DNA of 64,000 nt from an uncultured Bacteroides sp. (lineage in GTDB: Bacteria > Bacteroidota > Bacteroidia > Bacteroidales > Bacteroidaceae). Shown here piece by piece: positions 50,985-61,024 of this stretch (its first letter is position 1; every line of letters begins with the position of its first letter). The stretch spans positions 2,199 through 66,198 of the forward strand of contig CAJKDC010000003.1 in assembly GCA_905198575.1 (NCBI GenBank), written 5' to 3'. The position numbers and the translations under genes were made by a program. The notes under the pieces are model-generated. The model ran no database searches. It worked only from the letters and a program-made list of their open reading frames with translations, and was not told the origin of the DNA.

Positions 50985-52475
50985 ATGAATATACTGAGTC
51001 TTTTCGTACTGATTCCCCTGCTCATGCTGGCAGGCCTGTGGCTGGCACGCACCCTGAACCAGGTGCGGGGGGTAATGGTAACGGGGGCATCGCTGCTGCT
51101 GGCGGCGGCTGTGTGGCTCACGGTGGCCTACATCGGCCAGCGCAATGCGGGAGCGGCACGGGAGATGCTTTTTACGGACAGCATCACGTGGTATGCGCCG
51201 CTGCACATCTGCTACTCGGTGGGGGTGGACGGCATCTCGGTGGCCATGCTGCTGCTTAGTGCCATTATCGTGTTTACGGGCACGTTCGCCTCGTGGCGGC
51301 TCCAGCCGCTCACCAAGGAGTATTTCCTGTGGTTCACGCTGCTCAGCACGGGGGTGTTCGGGTTCTTTATCTCGACCGACCTCTTCACGATGTTTATGTT
51401 TTACGAGGTGGCGCTCATCCCGATGTATCTGCTCATCGGCGTGTGGGGCAGCGGACGCAAGGAGTATGCGGCCATGAAGCTTACCCTGATGCTGATGGGG
51501 GCTTCGGCTTTCCTGCTGATCGGCATTCTGGGCATCTACTACGGTGCGGGCGGCGACACGATGAATATCCTCGAGCTGGTGAAACGGGACATCCCGTACG
51601 ACATGCAGCGCCTGTTCTTCCCGCTGGTATTCCTGGGATTCGGAGTACTGGGTGCACTCTTCCCCTTCCACACATGGAGCCCCGACGGTCATGCTTCGGC
51701 GCCTACGGCTGTATCTATGCTGCATGCCGGCGTACTGATGAAGCTGGGCGGCTACGGCTGTTTCCGCGTGGCCATGTATCTGATGCCTGAAGGGGCGGCC
51801 GAATGGGGCAACTTCTTCCTGGTGCTGACAACCATTTCGGTGGTATACGGCGCGTTCAGTGCCGTGGTACAGACCGACCTGAAATACATCAACGCCTACT
51901 CGTCGGTGAGCCACTGCGGTCTGGTGCTTTTCGCCCTGCTGATGATGACGCGTACCAGCTGCACGGGTGCCATCCTGCAGATGCTGAGCCACGGACTGAT
52001 GACGGCACTGTTCTTTGCCCTCATCGGTATGATTTACGGACGGACGCATACGCGTGACATCCGCCAGCTCAGGGGACTGATGCGCATCATGCCGTTCCTG
52101 TCGGTGGGCTACGTTATCGCCGGTCTGGCCAATCTGGGACTTCCGGGGCTGAGCGGCTTCGTGGCCGAGATGACGGTCTTCGTAGGTTCGTTCGAACATC
52201 CTGATACGTTCCACCGCACCTGTACGCTCATCGCTACGATGAGTATCGTCATCACGGCGGTGTACATCCTGCGTGTGGTAGGCCGCATCCTGTACGGCAC
52301 GTGCACCAACGAGGCGCACCTCAAACTGACGGATGCTACGTGGGACGAACGCTTTGCGGTAATCTGCCTGATTGCGGCAGTGGCCGGACTGGGTATCGCT
52401 CCGCTGTGGATGAGCAACCTTATCAGCGAGAGTGTGGCGCCGGTCATCGCACAGCTGCTGGGCCATGCGCTGTAA
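50985..52475 (+). CDS. nuoM: NADH-quinone oxidoreductase subunit M
   Basis: FYEVALIP, PFHTWSPDGH and GLPGLSGFVAE motifs. Confidence 0.95.
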   Translation: MNILSLFVLIPLLMLAGLWLARTLNQVRGVMVTGASLLLAAAVWLTVAYIGQRNAGAAREMLFTDSITWYAPLHICYSVGVDGISVAMLLLSAIIVFTGTFASWRLQPLTKEYFLWFTLLSTGVFGFFISTDLFTMFMFYEVALIPMYLLIGVWGSGRKEYAAMKLTLMLMGASAFLLIGILGIYYGAGGDTMNILELVKRDIPYDMQRLFFPLVFLGFGVLGALFPFHTWSPDGHASAPTAVSMLHAGVLMKLGGYGCFRVAMYLMPEGAAEWGNFFLVLTTISVVYGAFSAVVQTDLKYINAYSSVSHCGLVLFALLMMTRTSCTGAILQMLSHGLMTALFFALIGMIYGRTHTRDIRQLRGLMRIMPFLSVGYVIAGLANLGLPGLSGFVAEMTVFVGSFEHPDTFHRTCTLIATMSIVITAVYILRVVGRILYGTCTNEAHLKLTDATWDERFAVICLIAAVAGLGIAPLWMSNLISESVAPVIAQLLGHAL

Positions 52476-52511
52476 TTTAGCTTTTTGTAAACTGTTTAAT
52501 CGTACTGGAAT

Positions 52512-53915
52512 ATGGATATACTTCTTTCGCTACAAGCGGAAATCAGTCTGGTGGCCGTGCTGGTTATCGTCCTGCTGGCCGACCTGATAGGAAAAGAGCC
52601 CAACCACAAGAGGCTGCAGAAGACGGTGTACGTGCTGCTGGCACTGCACATCGCACTGAACCTGCGTCCGTTCGAGGCGACAGCCTTCGGGGGCATGTAT
52701 CACACTACGCCCATGGCCTGCACGGTGAAATCGCTGCTCACGCTGGGTACGCTGCTGGTGTTCATGCAGGCGTCGCAGTGGCTGGAGCGCGAAGATACGC
52801 GGCACAAGGCGGGCGAGTTCTACGTACTTACGCTCAGTACGCTGCTGGGTATGTATTTCATGGTGAGCGCGGGCAGCTTCCTGCTGTTCTACGTGGGCCT
52901 GGAGCTGGCCAGCATCCCTATGGCGTGCCTCATTGCGTTCGACAAGTACCGCCACCACAGTGCCGAGGCGGGCGCCAAGTTCATCCTGAACTCGATGTTC
53001 TCGTCGGCGCTGATGCTGTACGGCCTGTCGTTCATCTACGGCACGTGCGGAACGGCCTACTTCGCCGAGCTGACTCCGGCCCTCACGGGCACACCGCTGC
53101 AGGTGATGGCACTGGTGCTGTTCTTTGCGGGACTGGGCTTCAAGCTGAGTCTGGTGCCTTTCCACATGTGGACACCCGATACGTATCAGGGTGCGCCGGC
53201 TGCCGTGAGCGGTTATCTGTCGGTCATCTCGAAGGGAGCGGCGGCGTTTGCGCTGATCAGCATCCTGCACCACGTGTTTGCGCCGATGCTGCAGTCGTGG
53301 GACCTGCTGGTGAGCATCGTACTGGTGGCGAGCATCACCGTGGCCAATCTGTTTGCCATCCTGCAGCACGACCTGAAACGCTTCATGGCCTACAGTAGTA
53401 TCTCGCAGGCGGGCTACATCATGCTGGCCGTGCTGGGCGAGACGGGACAGGGCACGACATCGCTGGTGTACTACATCGCCGTGTATCTGATGGCCAACCT
53501 GGCCGTGTTCGGTGTCATCGGTCTGCTGGAGCAGCAGACGGGCGCAGCGGTGGAACGCAGCACATGCAACGCCCTTTATACCACCAATCCGCGACTGGCC
53601 TTCGTGATGACCATCGCGCTGTTCTCGCTGGCAGGTATTCCGCCGTTTGCGGGATTCTTCAGCAAGTTCTTCGTGTTTGCGGCAGCCTTCCACACGGGGC
53701 ACTGGGCCGTGGTATTCCTGGCGCTGGTCAACACCATCATCTCGCTCTACTACTACCTGCTGGTGGTAAAGGCCATGTACATCATGCCGAGCGACGCGCC
53801 GGTGGCCGCTTTCCGCAGTCCGCTGCCCGCACGGGTATGCCTGCTGGTATGCCTGCTTAGCATCATGCTCATGGGCGTGTGCAGCAGCGTGTACCAATAT
53901 ATTGCCGCTGTGTAA
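52512..53915 (+). CDS. nuoN: NADH-quinone oxidoreductase subunit N
   Basis: [19 protein letters not shown] and [11 protein letters not shown] motifs. Confidence 0.95.
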   Translation: MDILLSLQAEISLVAVLVIVLLADLIGKEPNHKRLQKTVYVLLALHIALNLRPFEATAFGGMYHTTPMACTVKSLLTLGTLLVFMQASQWLEREDTRHKAGEFYVLTLSTLLGMYFMVSAGSFLLFYVGLELASIPMACLIAFDKYRHHSAEAGAKFILNSMFSSALMLYGLSFIYGTCGTAYFAELTPALTGTPLQVMALVLFFAGLGFKLSLVPFHMWTPDTYQGAPAAVSGYLSVISKGAAAFALISILHHVFAPMLQSWDLLVSIVLVASITVANLFAILQHDLKRFMAYSSISQAGYIMLAVLGETGQGTTSLVYYIAVYLMANLAVFGVIGLLEQQTGAAVERSTCNALYTTNPRLAFVMTIALFSLAGIPPFAGFFSKFFVFAAAFHTGHWAVVFLALVNTIISLYYYLLVVKAMYIMPSDAPVAAFRSPLPARVCLLVCLLSIMLMGVCSSVYQYIAAV

Positions 53916-53952
53916 GTAATATATATCAGACTTTTTATTTTTTCATCTATGC

Positions 53953-53998
53953 AAGTGTCCTTCCTGCTCCTTCCGGAGTACGGGAGGGCACTTTTTTT
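53953..53998 (+). terminator. Terminator of the nuo operon
   Basis: AAGTGTCCTTCC…GGGAGGGCACTT stem followed by a T-tract. Confidence 0.8.
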
Positions 53999-54032
53999 AT
54001 CCTGCGGCACGGCGCGAATCCAAAAAATATCG

Positions 54033-54040
54033 TATTTTTG
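54033..54040 (+). promoter_or_regulatory. -7 promoter element for manA
   Basis: TATTTTTG(C) 33 nt upstream of the ATG. Confidence 0.6.
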
Positions 54041-54072
54041 CCTGTAGTTACAATCTTATAAACGAAAAGCTT

Positions 54073-55041
54073 ATGTATCCATTAAAATTCAAACCCATTC
54101 TGAAATCCACCATCTGGGGTGGCGAGAAAATCATTCCGTTCAAGCAGTTGCAGAGCGACCAGACACAGGTAGGCGAAAGCTGGGAAATCTCCGACGTTCC
54201 GGGCGACGAGTCTGTAGTGGCCGAAGGAGCCGATGCCGGCAAGAACCTGAGCCAGCTGATGGACGAATACCGCGGCGCACTGGTAGGACAGGCCAACTAC
54301 GAACGTTTCGGGGGCAAGTTCCCGCTGCTCATCAAGTTCATCGACGCACAGCAGGACCTCTCCATCCAGGTGCATCCCGATGACAAGCTGGCCATGCAGC
54401 GCCACAACTCCATGGGCAAGACCGAAATGTGGTACGTGGTAGACGCCACTGCCGATGCCCACCTGCGCTCGGGCCTGTCGAAGAGCATCACTCCCGACGA
54501 GTATGCCCGGATGATTGCCGACAACACCATCTGCGATGCCCTGCGCGACTACAGCATCCGTCCGGGCGACGTATTCTTCCTGCCTGCAGGCCGTATCCAC
54601 AGCATCGGTGCCGGCTCGTTCATTGCAGAAATACAGCAAACATCGAACGTGACTTACCGCATCTACGACTTCAACCGCAAGGACAAGAACGGCAACACCC
54701 GCGAACTGCACACCGAACTGTCGAAAGATGCCATCGACTACACCGTACTCGACGACTACCGCACCCATTACACCCCTGCACAGAACCGGCCGGTGGAACT
54801 GGTGAGCTGTCCTTACTTCACTACCAGCGTATACGACCTGACCGAGCCGATGACAATGGATTACACAGAGCTCGACTCATTCGTCATCTACATCTGTATG
54901 CAGGGCGCTTGCACCGTGACCGACAACGAAGGCAACACCGTGGCACTGCGTGCCGGCGAATCGGTACTGTTCCCGGCCACTACCGGCAAACTGGAAGTAA
55001 CTCCGCAGGGACAGTGCAAATTCCTGGAAACTTACGTATAA
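54073..55041 (+). CDS. manA: Mannose-6-phosphate isomerase, class I
   Basis: IWGG, GESWE, PLLIKFID, LSIQVHP, KTEMW and EIQQTSNVTYR motifs. Confidence 0.93.
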   Translation: MYPLKFKPILKSTIWGGEKIIPFKQLQSDQTQVGESWEISDVPGDESVVAEGADAGKNLSQLMDEYRGALVGQANYERFGGKFPLLIKFIDAQQDLSIQVHPDDKLAMQRHNSMGKTEMWYVVDATADAHLRSGLSKSITPDEYARMIADNTICDALRDYSIRPGDVFFLPAGRIHSIGAGSFIAEIQQTSNVTYRIYDFNRKDKNGNTRELHTELSKDAIDYTVLDDYRTHYTPAQNRPVELVSCPYFTTSVYDLTEPMTMDYTELDSFVIYICMQGACTVTDNEGNTVALRAGESVLFPATTGKLEVTPQGQCKFLETYV

Positions 55042-55054
55042 CCCCGCTGCGCCT

Positions 55055-55894
55055 ATGAGTCACATCGCACTGGGACAATACAACCGCCTGCAGGTGGTAA
55101 AAGAAGTCGACTTCGGGATGTATCTGGACGGCGGCGACGACGGCGAGATTCTGCTGCCCGGCCGCTACGTGCCCGAAGACTGCCGCGTGGGACAGGAGCT
55201 CGAAGTTTTCGTCTATCTGGACATGGACGAGCGTCTGGTAGCCACCACCCTGCATCCGCACGCCACCGTGGGTCAGTTTGCCTGGCTGCGTGTGGCATGG
55301 GTCAACCGGCATGGCGCTTTCCTGGACTGGGGACTGATGAAAGACCTCTTCGTGCCTTTCCGCGAGCAGCGGCAGAAGATGCAGCAGGGCCACAGCTACA
55401 TGGTATACATCTACCTGGACGATGAAAGCTACCGCATAGCCGCTTCGGCCAAGGTAGAGAAATTCCTGAGCAAGGAGATGCCTCCCTACAGGCACGGCAG
55501 CCGTGTAGACATCACCGTATGGCAGCCCGCCGAGCAGGGCTACCGCGTGATAGTGGACAACCGCTATGCCGGCATGCTCTACCGCAACCAGCTGTTCACC
55601 TCCGTAGCTCCCGGCATGAAGCTGCAGGCCTACGTGCGCCGCGTGCGGACGGACGGCAAGCTGGACCTCGAGCTGCAACCCGACGGTATGGAGCGCATCG
55701 AAGAGTTTGCCCCCACACTGCTGGAGCACCTCAGGCAGCAGGGCGGACACATCGGTCTGCACGACGGCAGCGATGCCGCCGCCATCTACGCCGCCTTCGG
55801 GGTGAGCAAGAAAACTTTCAAGCGGGCCGTAGGCCAGCTTTACCGCCAGCGGCTCATCGTGCTGGAGCCTGACGGCATACGCCTGGCCGACTAA
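55055..55894 (+). CDS. cvfB: CvfB-family S1 RNA-binding protein
   Basis: GAFLDWGLMKDL motif and C-terminal winged helix (FGVSKKTFKRAVGQLY). Confidence 0.88.
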   Translation: MSHIALGQYNRLQVVKEVDFGMYLDGGDDGEILLPGRYVPEDCRVGQELEVFVYLDMDERLVATTLHPHATVGQFAWLRVAWVNRHGAFLDWGLMKDLFVPFREQRQKMQQGHSYMVYIYLDDESYRIAASAKVEKFLSKEMPPYRHGSRVDITVWQPAEQGYRVIVDNRYAGMLYRNQLFTSVAPGMKLQAYVRRVRTDGKLDLELQPDGMERIEEFAPTLLEHLRQQGGHIGLHDGSDAAAIYAAFGVSKKTFKRAVGQLYRQRLIVLEPDGIRLAD

Positions 55895-55932
55895 CGCAGA
55901 CATACACCACAGCAGGGACTGCACATTGTATA

Positions 55933-55985
55933 TATCCCCCTGTTCCGGCTTCCTGCACAGACAAGGAAGATGGAGCAGGGGGATA
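55933..55985 (+). other. Long stem-loop after cvfB (no U-tract)
   Basis: TATCCCCCTGTTCC / GGAGCAGGGGGATA outer stem and CTTCCT / AGGAAG inner stem. Confidence 0.55.
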
Positions 55986-56113
55986 ATTGCCACCAGTTTC
56001 CCTATCACAAATAGGAAATACCCTACAGAGAATTGGAGAGAATCTGTTGAAAAAGAAAAAATCCGGAAGTACTTTCGCACTCAAGAAAACATCATTTCTA
56101 AAAAACAGCACTT

Positions 56114-56953
56114 ATGAAACAGATACACATCCTTCTCGTTACGGCAGGACTTCTGATATTCTCGCTGCCCGCACTGGCCTCGCGTCTGGGTGATATCCGC
56201 CTGCACGCCCGTTTCCTGACCGACAGGATGGCCTATGAACTGCGCCTCAGTCCGCAGCAGTACAACGACGTTTTCGAAATCAACTTTGACTTTCTCACGG
56301 CGGTCGACCCGCTGACCGACGATATGGCACGCGGCTACCGCTATGCCTACGACCGCTATTACCGCTATCTGGATATGCGCAACGATGACCTGCGCTGGGT
56401 TTTGGCCGGAAGCATCTACACCCGACTGATGCGCATCGACTACTTTTTCCGTCCGCTGTGCATCATCGACCACAGCTGCCACCTGCGTGTATACCGTGTA
56501 TATACCGACCACAGCCACTTCCATTTCCGCCGGCCGGCCCACTACCTTACCTACCACGGTGCACACTGCCGCAGCCATTACGGAGGTGCCAGCTACTACC
56601 GCAAGCACTATAAAGAGCATTATCGCCACAATCCATACACCGGTTCTGTGAGTTGTCGTCCCGAGCACAAGCGTCAGGATTACATCATCGGCGGGAAACC
56701 GGCAGCCCTGCACCATCCGCCCCACTCCAACCGCCGTCCTACACATCCGGCAGTACGGCCCCAGCAGCCGTCCAGACCTGTGAATAAACGGCCCGCTACG
56801 GAGGATTTCAGACGGCCGGACAGCCGTCCGGAACGGAAACCGAAGGCAGAGCGCCGTGAACCGGCCAAAAACAACAGGCAGAACAATGCCGGTGGAGGAA
56901 GAAAAGCTGTAAAAGAAAATCCACGCAGGACACAAGCCGTGCGTGAACTATAA
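56114..56953 (+). CDS. Hypothetical secreted protein with an Arg/Pro/His-rich C-terminus
   Basis: Signal peptide ending in ALA; helical core ARFLTDRMAYEL; upstream TACTTTCG promoter variant at 56070. Confidence 0.75.
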   Translation: MKQIHILLVTAGLLIFSLPALASRLGDIRLHARFLTDRMAYELRLSPQQYNDVFEINFDFLTAVDPLTDDMARGYRYAYDRYYRYLDMRNDDLRWVLAGSIYTRLMRIDYFFRPLCIIDHSCHLRVYRVYTDHSHFHFRRPAHYLTYHGAHCRSHYGGASYYRKHYKEHYRHNPYTGSVSCRPEHKRQDYIIGGKPAALHHPPHSNRRPTHPAVRPQQPSRPVNKRPATEDFRRPDSRPERKPKAERREPAKNNRQNNAGGGRKAVKENPRRTQAVREL

Positions 56954-57039
56954 AAACAGCCGGAAAACAAGCGGAAAAGCTAACGCCCCTGCCGCATAAA
57001 AATTTTTCTTGCCGGACAAAAAAAATCGTGTTTTGGTGG

Positions 57040-57123
57040 AAAAATTTTCTAGCCGTATAAAAAAATTTTCTAGCTGAATAACTTTTTTTTCTAGCCGTAT
57101 AGATTTTTTTTGCCGTAGGATAA
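57040..57123. repeat. Degenerate 21-bp tandem repeat (about 4 copies)
   Basis: AAAAATTTTCTAGCCGTATAA / AAAAATTTTCTAGCTGAATAA / CTTTTTTTTCTAGCCGTATAG / ATTTTTTTTGCCGTAGGATAA. Confidence 0.85.
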
Positions 57124-57242
57124 TAAAAAACGTACTATAAGCCGATAAACCAACTATAAAAAATCGAAAAGAAGAAGGTCTATAATTTACTTTCAGCAGG
57201 CACAGCCAATGTTGCCCCGAAAGCAGATACCTTCCCCAAAAC

Positions 57243-57296
57243 AAAGAGAACCGCACCGCAGCTCACACTTCAACCTGAGCCCTGATGCGGTTCTTT
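57243..57296. terminator. Stem-loop downstream of tolC (possibly a bidirectional terminator)
   Basis: AGAACCGCA / TGCGGTTCT outer stem and GCTCA / TGAGC inner stem. Confidence 0.55.
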
Positions 57297-57316
57297 ATGA
57301 TTTTCTCCCCAACCTG

Positions 57317-58636
57317 TTAAAGTTCCAGAGGAATTCCCCTGTAGAAATCCAGAATCTTCATGCGAAACAGATAATCGTAACGGGCCTGAATAGATTCCGA
57401 CACAGCCTTCATCCAGTTAGTACGGGCTTCGTTATAATCCGTAGCCGTTGCTTTCCCGTAACGGTACTTCTCCTCCATCAAGCGGAAAGAGACCTTGGCA
57501 GCCTTATCCGCCTTACTGCTGCTGGCAAAGCGAGCTTCTGCACCCACGGCATTGTAATATGCCTGCTGCACCTCTTTATAGAGCACCTTCTTCCGCTCCT
57601 CCAACTGCCAGCCGAGCAACGTGTGCTGGATACGCGCCGAGCGCACCCGATTACGCGTAGCAAAACGATTGAACACAGGAATACTGAGCGAAAAGCCTAC
57701 ATACTGACTGAAATTATCGCGCAACTGGCTGCCAAAAGCGATATTGTCGCGTCCGAACAACTTGTAATAATTCGTACCGAACCCTGCTCCCAGACTGAGC
57801 TGCGGATAGAAAGCACTCTGCGCAATGCGCACGCTCTTGAGCGCTCCCTCTACCCTATACTGAGCCGCCTTAACTTCAGGTCGCGACAGTACCGCCTGTC
57901 CGAAAACTTCAGACGGAGAAACCAGCCTGCCCGTCACACTGACCGCCGCCGTATCGGGAGCAACTATCTCAAATCCTTCCGGCGAAGGCAGTTCCAGCAG
58001 CTGACTCAGGTCGAGCAACGCCAGCCGCACGTTATTGTCCGCCTGCACAGCCGAAAGCTCATCCTGCGCCAGACGCGCTTCCGCCTCGCGCCACTCCGCT
58101 TCCGAAGCCTTGCCGTTGCGGAAAAACTCCTCCTTCTGCTGCAGCAAATCACGACTCAGCCCCACCTGCTCACAGGCCACTTTCGCCAGCTCCTCGTTGA
58201 ACAGCACCTGCAGATAAGCCGAAGTCACCTGAATGCTGATATCCTCCTTCGCCTTGTTCAAGTCCTCCACGGCCGCCTTCAGATTCAGCCGGGCCAGCGC
58301 GATATTGTTCGGAATCTGCATCCCGGTAAACAGCGGAACACCGGTAGTAAGATTAAACGCCGTGTTCTGCGTATTCACACTCTGGTACGTATTGTCCGCC
58401 TGCAAGCTCCGTCCGAAGTTGAACGAGTGCGACACACTTCCGTTCAGGTTGGGCAGACGGCTCCAGCGCGCCGTACTCAGTTCCGTCTCACTCTGCCGGC
58501 ATGCCTCCTCCTGCTGCTTCACCGTCAGGTTATGCGCTACGGCATATTCTATACACCGCCTCAAATCCCAGGCATCCTGTGCCCGGACCGGGAGCGCCAT
58601 CGCCCAGACAGCTATCCCTATCATCCACTTATTCAT
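57317..58636 (-). CDS. TolC-family outer-membrane efflux protein
   Basis: Signal peptide, duplicated OEP repeats (LPNL…, YPQLSL…), last gene of the efflux operon. Confidence 0.92.
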   Translation of the reverse strand: MNKWMIGIAVWAMALPVRAQDAWDLRRCIEYAVAHNLTVKQQEEACRQSETELSTARWSRLPNLNGSVSHSFNFGRSLQADNTYQSVNTQNTAFNLTTGVPLFTGMQIPNNIALARLNLKAAVEDLNKAKEDISIQVTSAYLQVLFNEELAKVACEQVGLSRDLLQQKEEFFRNGKASEAEWREAEARLAQDELSAVQADNNVRLALLDLSQLLELPSPEGFEIVAPDTAAVSVTGRLVSPSEVFGQAVLSRPEVKAAQYRVEGALKSVRIAQSAFYPQLSLGAGFGTNYYKLFGRDNIAFGSQLRDNFSQYVGFSLSIPVFNRFATRNRVRSARIQHTLLGWQLEERKKVLYKEVQQAYYNAVGAEARFASSSKADKAAKVSFRLMEEKYRYGKATATDYNEARTNWMKAVSESIQARYDYLFRMKILDFYRGIPLEL

Positions 58637-59732
58637 GTCCTATCTCCTTTACACCACGTACGACATCCCCTTGCTTCAATCCCTTCTTTATTTCGATGCG
58701 GATACCATCGCTGATGCCCGTCTGCACCGCCTTGCGCTCGAACTGCTGGCGCGGAACCGAATCGGTGAGCAGATACACATAAGTCGAATCCCCCACAAAC
58801 TCCACGGCACTTTCCGGAACCGACAGTGCTCCGTCCGCCTTCTCGAGCACGATTTCGGCATTGGCACTGTAGCCCGAACGGACAGTAACCCCGTCAGGAA
58901 CCTGTATGGCCGCCTTGATTTCAAACTGATTGGTACCGTTCTTCTCGGTAGCCTTCGGAGCGATATACTCCAGCACGGCATCGAACTTCATGTTCTGCAG
59001 CGCCCCCAGCGTAATGGAAACAGGAGTGCCCTCGCTGATTTTCCCGACCTCCGTCTCGTCCACATTTCCACGGAAGATAAGGTCGTTCATATCGGCCACC
59101 GTAGCGATGGTAGTACCGTCGTTGAACGTATTGCTCATGATGACAGAGTTTCCCACTTTCACCGGCACATCCAGGATGAGCCCCGTAATGGTAGAGCGGA
59201 TAAGCGTACTGCTGAACTCCGCACTGCGTTTCGTGATACCCTCCTTCACAATCTCCAGATTATCCTTTGCCGCCTGCAACTCCTCACGCGCCTGCTTTAC
59301 CTGCACCAGGCTTTTCTCATACTCCTCGCTGCTCACCAGCTTACTGTCGTACAGCTTCTTCATGCGTTCATAATCCACTTCGGCCTGTTTGCCGTTTATT
59401 TCGGCCAGACGTACCCGGCTTTCGGCAGCATTCAGCGTACCCAGTTCGGGGATAACCTTCACCTTGGCTATCACCTCACCCTCACTGACCGTCTGACCCG
59501 CCTCTTTATACACCCCGGCGATAATCCCCGAAATCTGCGGTTTAATCAGAATCTCATCCCGGGGCTCGATTTTTCCCGTAGCAATCGTCGTACGCTTCAG
59601 GTCGGACAGTTCCGCCTTCAAAACCGTGTAACGCTCCTCGGCCGGCTGCGATTTCTGATAAAGGAAGACAAATGTTCCCACAAAAATCAGCGCAATCACC
59701 ACCAGCACTGCAATTTTTACATACTTCTTCAT
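58629..59732 (-). CDS. Periplasmic adaptor (MacA-like membrane fusion protein)
   Basis: N-terminal anchor, IKPQISGII, alpha-helical hairpin, GISDG motif. Confidence 0.92.
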   Translation of the reverse strand: MKKYVKIAVLVVIALIFVGTFVFLYQKSQPAEERYTVLKAELSDLKRTTIATGKIEPRDEILIKPQISGIIAGVYKEAGQTVSEGEVIAKVKVIPELGTLNAAESRVRLAEINGKQAEVDYERMKKLYDSKLVSSEEYEKSLVQVKQAREELQAAKDNLEIVKEGITKRSAEFSSTLIRSTITGLILDVPVKVGNSVIMSNTFNDGTTIATVADMNDLIFRGNVDETEVGKISEGTPVSITLGALQNMKFDAVLEYIAPKATEKNGTNQFEIKAAIQVPDGVTVRSGYSANAEIVLEKADGALSVPESAVEFVGDSTYVYLLTDSVPRQQFERKAVQTGISDGIRIEIKKGLKQGDVVRGVKEIGHE

Positions 59733-59781
59733 ATCCTTGTTTCATTTTAAATCTATACAAATTTAATTGATCCGTTTATCC

Positions 59782-61023
59782 CTATTCATCGCGCATCGCC
59801 TCGACAGGCCGGATAGCCATTGCCCTGTATGCCGGTGCCAGTCCGGCCAATACCCCCAGCACCATCAGCATACATACAGCCCCTATCGCTCCCCGGAAAC
59901 TAATCTGAAAATGTGCAGGAGAACCACCGGCAGCGGTTCCCATTTCGAGCAGATTCAGCACAAAAACGCCAAGACATACACCCGCCATACCTGCCAGCAG
60001 CGTAAGCACCACACTTTCCGACAGAATCTGCACCAGGATATCGCGCGGACGGGCCCCGATGGCACGCCGGATACCAATCTCCGCCGTACGCTCGCGCACG
60101 GTGACCATCATAATGTTGCTCACCCCTACCACACCGGCCAGCAGCGTGCCCAGGCCCACCAGCCGGCTCAGCCGGTTGATACCCGTAAACAGACTGTCCA
60201 CCATGCTGAACATCGCCTCGGCATTCACCTTTATCACCGCCTGCCTGTCGTCCGGATGCACCGTATGCGCCCGCTTCACCACCTGCTCCACCTTCTTCTC
60301 AATCTCACTTACCGAAAATCCCGGCAGTGCCGTATAGGCCAGCATCTGCACCTGCTGTCCGAAGTTATAATTGCGCTGCATGGTGCTGAAAGGGATGATG
60401 ATACTCGTTTCCGACTGTCCCTGCACCGACATGTTGCCGGTAGCCATGCTCACCCCCACTACCCGGTAGTAAATACTGTCGATAGCGATAAAAGCCCCGC
60501 ACGCACGTCCGGCCTGCGGAAAAAGCGACTCGTACACGCGCTTGCCTATCACACATACCTTCCGATAGTCACGTATATCCGTGTCGTTGATAAAACGTCC
60601 CTCCGAAAGCCTTTGCTCTTCTATCCGCGCATACTCCGGATACAGCCCCTTGAGCGTGACCGACGTACGGTTCTCGCCGCACACCGCACCCACTCCCCAT
60701 CGGGCCAGATTAGGTGATACCACATCAATCTCGGGCACACTGCGGCGCACCTTTTCTACATCCGCATTCACCAGTTCCCAGTAGCGTCCTTTCCGGAAAC
60801 CCTTATAAGCCTTACCGGTTTCATTGGTTACCAGGAAACCCGAGTTCGTGGCAAATCCCTCAAAATTGGCCGACAGCATATCCTTCATACCTTCGGAACC
60901 TCCCATCAGTACAATCAGCATGAAAATACCCCAGAACACCCCGAAAGCCGTAAGCAGACTGCGGGTTTTGTTACGCGTAATGGTAACCCCTATTTCTTCC
61001 CATCTGTCTAAATCCATCCTCAT
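59782..61023 (-). CDS. ABC transporter permease (MacB/FtsX family)
   Basis: RSLLTAFGV, GVSNIM…ERTAEIGIRRAIGA and PAYRA motifs. Confidence 0.92.
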   Translation of the reverse strand: MRMDLDRWEEIGVTITRNKTRSLLTAFGVFWGIFMLIVLMGGSEGMKDMLSANFEGFATNSGFLVTNETGKAYKGFRKGRYWELVNADVEKVRRSVPEIDVVSPNLARWGVGAVCGENRTSVTLKGLYPEYARIEEQRLSEGRFINDTDIRDYRKVCVIGKRVYESLFPQAGRACGAFIAIDSIYYRVVGVSMATGNMSVQGQSETSIIIPFSTMQRNYNFGQQVQMLAYTALPGFSVSEIEKKVEQVVKRAHTVHPDDRQAVIKVNAEAMFSMVDSLFTGINRLSRLVGLGTLLAGVVGVSNIMMVTVRERTAEIGIRRAIGARPRDILVQILSESVVLTLLAGMAGVCLGVFVLNLLEMGTAAGGSPAHFQISFRGAIGAVCMLMVLGVLAGLAPAYRAMAIRPVEAMRDE

Positions 61024-61024
61024 A

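Noticed and set aside
48990..52466. 1158-aa antisense ORF, and other long minus-strand ORFs over nuo such as 46499-47623 and 52530-53897
   Set aside because: These are shadow frames of GC-rich nuo genes. They have His/Arg/Gln-biased composition and no recognisable motifs.
53910..53940. dif site at the apparent skew switch (TAA-TATATA core)
   Set aside because: The arms do not match the XerD consensus TTATGTTAAAT.
57040..57123. Possible CRISPR array, or a real gene for ORF 56948-57256 (IRLENFF repeats)
   Set aside because: The repeats are contiguous with no unique spacers and no cas genes nearby. The peptide repeat simply mirrors the DNA repeat.
57209..60717. Long plus-strand ORFs of 501, 505 and 316 aa
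   Set aside because: Antisense shadows of tolC, the adaptor and the permease in high-GC DNA.
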